A DNA stretch of 38,998 bases from Bdellovibrionales bacterium (GTDB lineage: Bacteria; Bdellovibrionota; Bdellovibrionia; Bdellovibrionales; JAGQZY01), in assembly GCA_031426555.1 (NCBI GenBank), contig JANPLN010000063.1, forward strand, positions 1 to 38,998, written 5' to 3'. Position numbers and translations under genes: made by a program. The notes beneath the pieces are model-generated. The model made no database searches and was not told the DNA's origin. It worked only from the letters and a program-made list of their open reading frames with translations. Shown here one piece after another: positions 1 through 7,651 of this stretch. The first letter of the stretch is position 1, and every line of letters begins with the position of its first letter.

Positions 1-27
1 GGTTGCCCCGTAGTCCACCATCCACAT
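1..27 (-). CDS. Possible 5' end of a gene running off the left edge (MWMVDYGAT...)
   Basis: Minus-strand ATG at 27, 8 nt downstream of a TTGCCT-N18-TATAGT promoter-like sequence. Only 9 codons are visible. Confidence 0.25.
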
Positions 28-63
28 GCGGGCTAACTATAGTCATGGAACGGCAGGGAAGGC

Positions 64-93
64 AAAAAAAAAGCGGCAAGTAAACTTGCCGCT
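64..93 (-). terminator. Intrinsic (Rho-independent) terminator
   Basis: On the minus strand, a perfect AGCGGCAAG-TTTA-CTTGCCGCT hairpin runs into a long T tract. Confidence 0.85.
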
Positions 94-101
94 CAGAAAA
101 C

Positions 102-163
102 GTTAAAGCGTTCCTCAATAAAGAAGGAACCTGTTAAAGGATTCCTCCATTATGGAGGAACCT
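102..163. repeat. Two tandem 31-bp imperfect repeats, each internally palindromic (TTCCT...AGGAA)
   Basis: gttaaagcgttcctcaataaagaaggaacct (102-132) and gttaaaggattcctccattatggaggaacct (133-163) are 25/31 identical by hand alignment. Confidence 0.85.
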
Positions 164-184
164 ATGACTTAATGTTTCTGTCAT
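134..184 (-). CDS. Putative 16-aa micropeptide MTETLSHRFLHNGGIL
   Basis: Perfect SD AGGAGGT (198-192), 7 nt upstream of ATG at 184. TAA at 136-134. Confidence 0.4.
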   Translation of the reverse strand: MTETLSHRFLHNGGIL

Positions 185-223
185 TGGCACCACCTCCTCT
201 CCGGCTTCAGAAAACCCACAATC

Positions 224-252
224 AGAATAGCGAATGGGGCGGTTTTTGTTAA
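224..252 (-). promoter_or_regulatory. Sigma70-like promoter for the small transcript
   Basis: TTAACA (252-247), 17-nt spacer, TATTCT (229-224). Confidence 0.5.
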
Positions 253-371
253 AACAATTTTTCGTATGACATCCATAAGAAAAATCGATTTAAACTGCAC
301 AAAATTAAGACACTTTTGGAAAGGTTTTAAAAGTGCTGGGTTGATACGATGAAGGCGAGGCAGCAGTCATA

Positions 372-393
372 AGGCGAGCTGAGGAACTCGCCT
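372..393 (-). terminator. Hairpin downstream of 405..968, possible terminator
   Basis: AGGCGAG/CTCGCCT stem about 12 nt after the stop codon. The U tract is weak. Confidence 0.35.
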
Positions 394-404
394 AATTCAT
401 TGAA

Positions 405-968
405 TTAGTGTGCGACCTCAACTTGAACTTCTTTAAGCTGAGTTTCCTCGGTAGCCACTTCGCCGGCTTTAGCTCCTCGAGGCAAAATAACAAACGCGAT
501 TGCTGCGGCAATAACGCCATACTTGCCAGCCCTTGAAAATCTAGCGCTTCTTTCGGCTTGACCAGAAATTTGCAGGCCTCTCGCTGAAGTGTCTTGGATC
601 GCAATACTGTTGACTGATTGACCAGAACCCTGCAATCGGGTCATGAGGTTTTTAAGTTGAGTTTTTGATTGAATGTCAAAAGTTTCACTCGCAACCGGCC
701 CCAACGGTTGACGTGATGTCGGGGCACCTGTGCTAGATATTGTAACTCTCGCTTTGGTTAGGTTCATATCATTAATTTTTGCGAAGGCATCGTCTAAGTT
801 CTCCACAGGAACTCGAGTTGTGGCAGCTTGCGCACCCGTAGCCACGCTTGCATCATTCCCGTAACCAACCAATCCGGCAAATCCGCCAACCCATAACGGC
901 GCTGTATTTTCGGCATAAGAGTGGCTTACTAACAGAAGCGTTGTAAAAATATATATTACTTGTTTCAT
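405..968 (-). CDS. Secreted/membrane hypothetical protein (187 aa)
   Basis: Start moved to MKQVIYIF at 968, behind an AAGGGG SD. Sec signal peptide ending SHSYA. C-terminal hydrophobic segment GVIAAAIAFVIL. Confidence 0.7.
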   Translation of the reverse strand: MKQVIYIFTTLLLVSHSYAENTAPLWVGGFAGLVGYGNDASVATGAQAATTRVPVENLDDAFAKINDMNLTKARVTISSTGAPTSRQPLGPVASETFDIQSKTQLKNLMTRLQGSGQSVNSIAIQDTSARGLQISGQAERSARFSRAGKYGVIAAAIAFVILPRGAKAGEVATEETQLKEVQVEVAH

Positions 969-1130
969 GGTTTTCCCCTTTTTAAATTGTCTCATTCTAT
1001 TAAAGCAAGCTATGTGCCATTTATAGAAATACTCTGCCATCTAACGTAAGTAGTTTAAAAAGATGGATTGTCATTGTTTTATCAAAATGAAACACACCAA
1101 GTGCATTTTAATTGGTCATCTGTATAAGTT

Positions 1131-2507
1131 TTAAGGACCCTTTTTCACAGGCAACATACGTCTTAGCTGGCCTGCTGTCCCAACTCCAATTCCGCTTACA
1201 GGAATCATAGCGAGATTTTTAAATAGACGAGTTCGCGACGCATCAACGGTGTATTGATCTGCTTTTAATGAGCCGTCGTTTAATGGGGCTGCGTATGCTG
1301 CTTGCTGTTGAGATTTGTAATCTGTGTAAGAGGAAATTGCAAATGCAGTCCCCATCCCAACTCCTATGACTGCACCAGTAAGTGGCGGAGCTAAAAAACA
1401 GACGGCAAGCAAAGGTGCGACAATGAGGGCGCCTTTTAAATCTCGTTTATCCCGGGTCGCTTGAGCTGTTGTTGCCACTGCACAAAATTCGGGTCTATCC
1501 ATCAATACTTCTTCAACGATGCTTTCGTAATCTAAAAGATTTAAAGTGTCGTTTGTAAATCGCTGTCCTGTAAAGTTTTTTAAATATTCGCCTTGTTGTT
1601 TAATGATATTCAATTCCTTTTCCGCATTGCTTTTAATCCGATTTGCAGCAGTAACGACTTCTGTCACGCTAGGGTTGTCGGAACTCAAATAATTTAAAAT
1701 AGGATACTGAGACAAAATGCCACGATACACGTTAAGGTGTTGATTCCTCACACGCGTAAATTGTCGATTCAACTCCGATTGTAAAATTCGATGGCGATTT
1801 TCCAGATCACTCACGTTCATCGGGTTTGCGTAAACTTGTCCCTCCAATGCAGATCTATCGTACGGTTTTAAAAGTGACTGAAATTGTTGCTCTGTAAGAT
1901 GGTGGATAGATTTAAAATTTTCCTTATACTGATTTAAATAATCTTGTGCACCTTGAGTTTCTGTAGCACTTAACGAGTTCCACGGAATGGTTTTAAACCC
2001 ATAAGTTTCTAATGATGTATTGGGCGTCATTGAATCGTAGAGTCCGGGGTTGGAATCAGCTAAGGCCAAATGCATTCTTGCAAGTCGTATTTGGTAGGCT
2101 AAGGACTCTTGAGGATTACTTGCTGACGTTGGAAACTGAGTTGGATTAATCCAACTTCTTGTCTCTTGGCAATCTTGTGTTCCAGCCTCAGCTTTAGGAA
2201 TTCTAAAGCACCTAATAATGTTATTTGTTAGGTCTAAATTGCTTTGCGCTCTCGCCTGAATGCGCGTTTGCAATTCTATAAAAAAATCTTTTGTTTGGTT
2301 TCCGAAATGATCTTTAGTAGGAACACGTCTCGAAATCCAGCTGGTTCGAGCTTGCCCGGTTAAGTTTATTCTCGGTCCAGAACAGGCATAGTAAGGCGAT
2401 GGTCGAGAGCTATGAGTTTCAACGTTACTATTATTAGTCGTCTCAGTTGCACTGTCATGATTTTCTTCTGCGTAAAGAAAATGTATAAAAAAAAAGACAA
2501 TCAACAT
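1131..2507 (-). CDS. Secreted hypothetical protein with C-terminal hydrophobic hairpin (458 aa)
   Basis: Long ORF with a short signal-like N-terminus (LYA|E), a helical-looking body and Gly/Ala-rich hydrophobic segments near the C-terminus. Confidence 0.75.
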   Translation of the reverse strand: MLIVFFFIHFLYAEENHDSATETTNNSNVETHSSRPSPYYACSGPRINLTGQARTSWISRRVPTKDHFGNQTKDFFIELQTRIQARAQSNLDLTNNIIRCFRIPKAEAGTQDCQETRSWINPTQFPTSASNPQESLAYQIRLARMHLALADSNPGLYDSMTPNTSLETYGFKTIPWNSLSATETQGAQDYLNQYKENFKSIHHLTEQQFQSLLKPYDRSALEGQVYANPMNVSDLENRHRILQSELNRQFTRVRNQHLNVYRGILSQYPILNYLSSDNPSVTEVVTAANRIKSNAEKELNIIKQQGEYLKNFTGQRFTNDTLNLLDYESIVEEVLMDRPEFCAVATTAQATRDKRDLKGALIVAPLLAVCFLAPPLTGAVIGVGMGTAFAISSYTDYKSQQQAAYAAPLNDGSLKADQYTVDASRTRLFKNLAMIPVSGIGVGTAGQLRRMLPVKKGP

Positions 2508-2709
2508 AATTATGTATCGGCTTTTTATGCGATTTAATAATAGTCTTTATTATTAAGATTTTGAGCGAGTTGGCTAGCCTTTCGTAAGTTTATAGAACAA
2601 AACTCGGTTGATCACACCCGCTTAGAATTTCAAATTGTACGTTATCCCTCTCGACGTTAGTCCCACTGATAGCTTGTCCAGCTTCATACAATTCAACGGA
2701 TCTTTTATT

Positions 2710-3087
2710 TTAAAGGCACTCCACATATCCGTCGGAAATTGTAGCTATAGCTTTCGATTTGCCGGCTTTAATAATGATGCCATAAGTGTTGCCCCCATCG
2801 CAGGAGTCTTCCACCGAACGATAATAGTAAAACGCATCGCCGGTGGCTAGCTGCTCAAATGTTGATGTTACAAAGGCGTTTTTGCAAGAGCTAGAATTAA
2901 AAGTTGAGAAGAAGGCTCGATTGGCCCAAAACACATTTTTAGGAATTTTGCTTCGAACTTCTTTTGATGTAGAAAATTCCGGAGAAGAGATAACATCTCC
3001 GAAGTCCCCATCCGCAAAGGGGCAAGTATTGCCAAAAGAAATCGCTGAGTTAAAAACAATCATCATTGTAACAAAAAAATATTTCAT
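2710..3087 (-). CDS. Small secreted Cys-containing hypothetical protein (125 aa)
   Basis: AGGGGA SD, signal peptide MKYFFVTMMIVFNSAISFG, four Cys in the mature region. Confidence 0.7.
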   Translation of the reverse strand: MKYFFVTMMIVFNSAISFGNTCPFADGDFGDVISSPEFSTSKEVRSKIPKNVFWANRAFFSTFNSSSCKNAFVTSTFEQLATGDAFYYYRSVEDSCDGGNTYGIIIKAGKSKAIATISDGYVECL

Positions 3088-3208
3088 ATTATTTCCCCTA
3101 AGTTAAAGTACAAACGATTACAATCCGCCCGAAGGTGGTTGGGCTCCTGTTTATCAATTCGATAAAAAAATGCTAGAGGCTCAACAGAAACCTGATCGTG
3201 TTTGTAAA

Positions 3209-4135
3209 CTATTCCGGGTTTGCGTCGCACACCCACGTAAGTTCGTGCTTATTGGCGCAGAGGTGGTAGACGCGCGAGGATGGAATCGCCAGGAACTTAT
3301 CAACCATTGCAAAATCGGTTTTACCCTTAAATTTTATGCTCCCTACAAAGCGCCGGCACAGGCCTGAGGCAAGCCAGGTTTGCGCCAGTTCATACAAACG
3401 CTTGGGTTCGCAGATAATATCGGAGAACACCGTGTCCACAGCACCCACGTCTTGGGGGAGCAGCGAGAAAGCGTCTTTTTTAATCACTTTGATATTGGAA
3501 CGTTTGAGGAGTTTTTCGTCGAGTGGGGCTTTGTCCACCGACACCACGTCGCAATCCAGATCGCACAGCACCCAGCTCCAACCACCCGGGGAGCTTCCCA
3601 AATCCAAAACCCGTGCGCCTGCGACGGGCGGCTTTTCGTAAAGCGTAAACAGCTCCCAGAGCTTCAGGTAGGCGCGGGAAGGGATGGCCTTGTTCTCGTC
3701 GAACGTTGCCAGTCCCAGAGGCAGTGCCGAGGAGGTTTGTGCCGACGCCAGCACGAGCTTTTCGTCCCAAAGAGTCCACGCCCCAAAGGTCTTTGTTGGC
3801 ACCGTTCCCATAAACGCCAATGCTTTTGGTGGACGCTGCAAAAGCTTTTGCTGAATCAGTTCGGAGCGGCGGTGAAGTTGAAACGAATAACTCATCCACA
3901 GATTGTTTTTGGCCTTTAACAGAGTCGCCGCATTGTTAATGGACTCAATGGAAATCCATTCTGGGTTTTGCCAGGTGCACTGCGACCAAATGGGTTTTTT
4001 GTCGAGAGGCGAGGACAAAAACAATCGCTCTTTATGATCGAGAATGCGCCCGCCAGCTCTTGAGATTTCTGTTTTTAATTCTTCGTCGAAGTCTTCGAAG
4101 CAAATGTGGGCCTGAAAGGCAGAATCTGGCGTCAT
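3209..4135 (-). CDS. FtsJ-fold SAM-dependent methyltransferase, RlmM-like (putative 23S rRNA 2'-O-methyltransferase)
   Basis: PSRAYLKLWE, VLDLGSSPGGWSW, SVD, FSDIIC motifs. Confidence 0.8.
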   Translation of the reverse strand: MTPDSAFQAHICFEDFDEELKTEISRAGGRILDHKERLFLSSPLDKKPIWSQCTWQNPEWISIESINNAATLLKAKNNLWMSYSFQLHRRSELIQQKLLQRPPKALAFMGTVPTKTFGAWTLWDEKLVLASAQTSSALPLGLATFDENKAIPSRAYLKLWELFTLYEKPPVAGARVLDLGSSPGGWSWVLCDLDCDVVSVDKAPLDEKLLKRSNIKVIKKDAFSLLPQDVGAVDTVFSDIICEPKRLYELAQTWLASGLCRRFVGSIKFKGKTDFAMVDKFLAIPSSRVYHLCANKHELTWVCDANPE

Positions 4136-4290
4136 AAGGTGTTGTAATAATTCCTGTTGAGCTAGGCAAGCCGAATAAAAAGATTACAGCTCATTCCCGT
4201 AAAAATAGCCTCTCCGCCAGGGCCCATGCTTAAGTGGCTGCAACAACAAGACCAGTCGCAGGGGTTCTGACTGTCTCAAGGGGGAAATTC

Positions 4291-4893
4291 ATGTCTATCT
4301 TTACAACGATTTTATCCATTCTGTTCACGCTGTCTGCCAACGCACAAACGCCCACTCCCTCTGCAAAAACAGTGATGTGTCAGTATTCGTTTTTACAAGC
4401 CAACGAAAATATTTTTGGCACTCCCGAGTCTTTTATTAATCTGAACTACACACCGTCGCTGCCTACTTACGACAAGTGGGCCGGCGAATGGACGCAAAAA
4501 GTTGTCTACGGAAAAAACAAAGACAAAGAATTCACAATAAAAAGCCACGTCACTTTGCAAGCGCGCGGTTCTATTTGGTTCATGGAATCCAAGTACCGTT
4601 TGCAGGCCTTCACCACGCTGCTGGATAAAGACGGGCGTATTCTCTCTGTGTTTCGCGATCACACCGATCGAGTTGTTCGCGATTATCAATTGGAAGAAAT
4701 TAAAAACGACAATCCAACACTTCGTTTAGCAATTCCATTCCCATCGGGAATGGATATCGTTTACAGTAACCCCGAAACCATGGCCACGGCTGTAGAGCAG
4801 GGACCAGAGGTGGCATACACAGTCGCAGTGCGCAGAGGGCTTATCGAGCTTGATGCGATCCGCGAAATCGGTGTGCTATGTTACTTAAAATAG
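4291..4893 (+). CDS. Secreted hypothetical protein
   Basis: Start moved to MSIFTT at 4291 (AAGGGGG SD). Signal peptide ending SANA|Q. Confidence 0.7.
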   Translation: MSIFTTILSILFTLSANAQTPTPSAKTVMCQYSFLQANENIFGTPESFINLNYTPSLPTYDKWAGEWTQKVVYGKNKDKEFTIKSHVTLQARGSIWFMESKYRLQAFTTLLDKDGRILSVFRDHTDRVVRDYQLEEIKNDNPTLRLAIPFPSGMDIVYSNPETMATAVEQGPEVAYTVAVRRGLIELDAIREIGVLCYLK

Positions 4894-5672
4894 CTCTGTG
4901 GGCCGTCTGCGCGGCAGCTCAGGCGGAAACTGAATTTATGAAAAGAGACACGTCTGAAATTCAGACGAGCATGAAAGCGGCAAGCGTGCCGGTGGGTGAG
5001 TGGGTAACGTCCCTCAATCAAAAAAACTATGATTTACTTTGTTTAGGCGAAACTCACGAAGATTTTTTCCGCGAGTTCTACGGGCCGGTGATACAGGCCT
5101 TGCAATTTAACAAACTCGCTATCGAGACCACCAGCGACGAGTGGAGCAATATTCAGCAGGCGTGGAAGTCCACCCAACAGGCAAAACTCCTCAACGCTAA
5201 CTTCGCTCCTATTCTACAAGGTCTCGAGGGGAAAGTTCCCGCGGTAACGGTGCTTCCTGTGGAAGCAACACAACAGCAAGATCTCCTCGAAACCAAATAC
5301 ACCATCGAAACTGGAAAATCCCATCTTTCCCGGGATGGATTTATTGCGCAAAATATTCAGCAAAACATGGGAGCCGGAGAAAAAACAGTGGCCCTTTACG
5401 GGCGCCACCACTGCAGTAAAAACAACACGGGACTGGGTTCCGTGTCGTTTGCCAATTTTTTGGGTCGCAGCAAAAAAGTGCTGAGTGTGATGATTATGAA
5501 GCGGCGTTCGACGGAAAAAGTAAACCCTTTGGCAGCATTTTTAGATGCGGGAGTTAAGGGAACAAAACCCGTTTTGGTTGTGGAGAGCGCAAAAATTAAG
5601 GACGAAGATCATAATTTCAATTGGGAAATAAAGTCAGTTCTCGATAATTTCGACTACATCGTTGTTTACTAG
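4878..5672 (+). CDS. Secreted ChaN/EreA/TIKI-superfamily-like protein
   Basis: DLLCLGETH, LAIE, SRDGFIAQNI and ALYGRHH match the GExH / E / RD / GxxH pattern of this superfamily. Signal peptide ending AAAQA. Confidence 0.6.
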   Translation: MLLKIALWAVCAAAQAETEFMKRDTSEIQTSMKAASVPVGEWVTSLNQKNYDLLCLGETHEDFFREFYGPVIQALQFNKLAIETTSDEWSNIQQAWKSTQQAKLLNANFAPILQGLEGKVPAVTVLPVEATQQQDLLETKYTIETGKSHLSRDGFIAQNIQQNMGAGEKTVALYGRHHCSKNNTGLGSVSFANFLGRSKKVLSVMIMKRRSTEKVNPLAAFLDAGVKGTKPVLVVESAKIKDEDHNFNWEIKSVLDNFDYIVVY

Positions 5673-5686
5673 GGATTGTTAGCGAT

Positions 5687-6949
5687 TTAATGATTGTTCG
5701 CAATCTCATAGTCTTCTTCGAACGCCTTTTGAAATAAGCTCTGTCCGATGTAAGACGACTTCACAGTCCAAAACTTTTTATTCACGGTCACGACACCAAT
5801 GGCGATGTCGCGTTCGCCGTTAGAAGCAAAACCCACAAACCAATCAACTTGTCCTTTTGGATCAATGCCCTTGAGATGACCTGTTTTTCCGCCCAGTTCA
5901 AGTTCGCGAAATTTTTTATTGGTTCGTAAACTGGCAAAAGTTCTGCGCGAGGTTCCAGACAGAATTGTTTCTTCCATCAATTCGCGAATTTTATTTGAAG
6001 ACGCAGGAGTCATGGCATCCTTCAGTGGAAAGGCTTCGCCGGTGTAGAGAACTTTATTTTCCTGATTGGTTACCGACTCCACCATATACGGAGCCATCAT
6101 TTTACCGTCGTTGATGACGGCCGCGGCAATCATTGCACCTTGAATCGGACTCATGCGATTTTGCTTATTGAATCCAGCGGCGACCTCGGTGAGCTCAAAG
6201 TTTTTTTCAGTGGGAATCTGCGCCACGCCCTTATCGACGGGAAAGTCAGCAGGAATGGCTTGATTAAACATAAAACGTTCTGCGTATTGCTGAAGATCCT
6301 TGGGGTCGGTGTGATGAAGTCCAATCTTTCCAAAGGGCGTGTTCATTGATTTAGCAAAAGCTTCACGCATGGAGACCGTGCGCGTCCAGCGATTGATGGT
6401 GTCGAGCATTACGTTTTTTTTGTACAGTGTCCAATTGCCGCCGTTAAATTGAATTTTGTGTTGCGGACTGAGTCCGCGCTTTTCTACAGCGGCTGTCGCT
6501 GTAATGATCTTAAAAATTGAAGCCGCAGGGTAGGTGGCTTTCTTTAATAAATTTTCGTTGGTGTCTTCTTTTTGAAAGCTTGAATAAATGAGAACTTTGC
6601 CGGTTTTTGCATCCATCATAAAAATGGCGGCGTAATCGGGTTTGTATCTTTTAAGCAGAGTGTCTGCACTTTTTTGCAACTGCTCATCGAGGGTGTATTT
6701 AAGATGCAACCGTGTGCTAGGTTTTTCGTCTGTAGAATAGTCTGTGGAGTAAACAATTTCTTGCGGCAACCACGAAGAGTTTTGCAGGTAGGGCAGTAAC
6801 ACCTTTGCTACGCTGGCACGATCAAAACGACTCTGCTCTAAAAAATGTGGAGGCTTTGGAGTTTGAAAAAGAGCAGACAAGCCCACGCCCGCAAACAGAA
6901 AAAGGAGTCCAATCAAGGCGGTGAGCCGGTATTTAAAAAGCACGTTCAT
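5687..6949 (-). CDS. Penicillin-binding protein, transpeptidase domain only
   Basis: N-terminal TM, YTLDEQLQ, MDAKTGKVL, SxxK (ASIFK), SxN (SMN), KTG, WFVGFA. Confidence 0.9.
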   Translation of the reverse strand: MNVLFKYRLTALIGLLFLFAGVGLSALFQTPKPPHFLEQSRFDRASVAKVLLPYLQNSSWLPQEIVYSTDYSTDEKPSTRLHLKYTLDEQLQKSADTLLKRYKPDYAAIFMMDAKTGKVLIYSSFQKEDTNENLLKKATYPAASIFKIITATAAVEKRGLSPQHKIQFNGGNWTLYKKNVMLDTINRWTRTVSMREAFAKSMNTPFGKIGLHHTDPKDLQQYAERFMFNQAIPADFPVDKGVAQIPTEKNFELTEVAAGFNKQNRMSPIQGAMIAAAVINDGKMMAPYMVESVTNQENKVLYTGEAFPLKDAMTPASSNKIRELMEETILSGTSRRTFASLRTNKKFRELELGGKTGHLKGIDPKGQVDWFVGFASNGERDIAIGVVTVNKKFWTVKSSYIGQSLFQKAFEEDYEIANNH

Positions 6950-7041
6950 CTATTTAGGATAAACCGAAGTGCGGAGCAGACTCAAGGCTAGTTTTCACCT
7001 GTCTCAGCGGAGACCTACTGCGGAGCAGCCAATCTACCGTC

Positions 7042-7566
7042 TCAATTTGATTCGGGCTTCCAGCTCTGATTTCCAAGGTAATCGGCCTTCCCCAATTCAG
7101 TCCCAAGGTGTCTGAGAATGCTGTAGGAAGTTGTGATGTGAAAATAGAAATTGGGAATGGCATGCTGAACTAAATAGTTATGACCCTCGAGATAATTATT
7201 GGGGTACCAGGGAAAACTCACTTTGCGTTTTTCATAGCCTACAAATTGCTCAGCCTTAAATTGGCCAAGATAATCGATAGTTTTATCAATACGATTTTCG
7301 AAGTCCTCAAAAGTGACTTCGTTGTCTTCAAACGAGGGAGCGGCAACGCCGGTGAGTCTCGATGCACAAAATTTTGCCACATCGCAGGCGATTTGCATTT
7401 GTCGGCCCAGGGGAAATTGGTCTGCCGCCAAGCGTGATTGAAAAAGCTCTGAGGCCGTCATTTTTTTTTGATCGGCCATCGCCTTTCCTTTGGAGAGAAC
7501 CTGTTTGAGTGCTTGCAAGCTGAGAATAAACTGGGGAACTGTGATTTCAAAAACGGAAATATTCAT
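7042..7566 (-). CDS. DUF1993 family protein
   Basis: RLAADQFPLGRQ, PNFYFHITTSYSILRHLGTELGKADYLG. Start moved to MNISVF (AAGGA SD). Confidence 0.9.
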   Translation of the reverse strand: MNISVFEITVPQFILSLQALKQVLSKGKAMADQKKMTASELFQSRLAADQFPLGRQMQIACDVAKFCASRLTGVAAPSFEDNEVTFEDFENRIDKTIDYLGQFKAEQFVGYEKRKVSFPWYPNNYLEGHNYLVQHAIPNFYFHITTSYSILRHLGTELGKADYLGNQSWKPESN

Positions 7567-7651
7567 TGTTTTTCCTTGGCTGAGAGTACAGCCTCTAGTC
7601 ATTGCATTAAAAGCCAAGTCTGTCTATATTGACTCTATGCAAGGAGATCCT

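Larger units (their letters stand above)
64..218 (-). ncRNA. Candidate ~155-nt small transcript (sRNA or micro-ORF mRNA)
   Basis: Bounded by a sigma70-like promoter (224-252) and the terminator (64-93). Contains an AGGAGGTG SD, a 16-codon ORF and two hairpin repeats. I do not recognise a family. Confidence 0.5.

Noticed and set aside
102..163. CRISPR array suggested by ~31-bp palindromic repeats
   Set aside because: Only two copies, directly adjacent with no spacer, and no cas genes in the window.
134..184. Type I toxin peptide
   Set aside because: No hydrophobic transmembrane stretch, and no evident antisense promoter/terminator pair.
185..200. 16S rRNA 3'-end fragment (ttggcaccacctcct resembles TTGGATCACCTCCT)
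   Set aside because: No flanking rRNA sequence. Better explained as a minus-strand extended SD.
64..218. CsrB/RsmZ-like sRNA, or c-di-GMP-I riboswitch
   Set aside because: The GGA motifs lie in stems rather than loops, and I could not find the c-di-GMP-I core motifs.
3121..3143. UUCG-loop hairpin downstream of the methyltransferase gene as a terminator
   Set aside because: The stem is mismatched and has no U tract.
3336..3919. Overlapping ORFs of 101, 179 and 139 aa within the methyltransferase gene
   Set aside because: Shadow frames of a well-supported gene with no motifs or SD. The same applies to the other antisense and alternate-frame ORFs in the track.
7490..7651. N-terminal extensions in the ORF track (nitroreductase, UPF0489, DUF1993, YkvA, Gre-like and others)
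   Set aside because: They overlap neighbouring genes or promoter regions. Downstream starts match the family N-termini or SD positions better.
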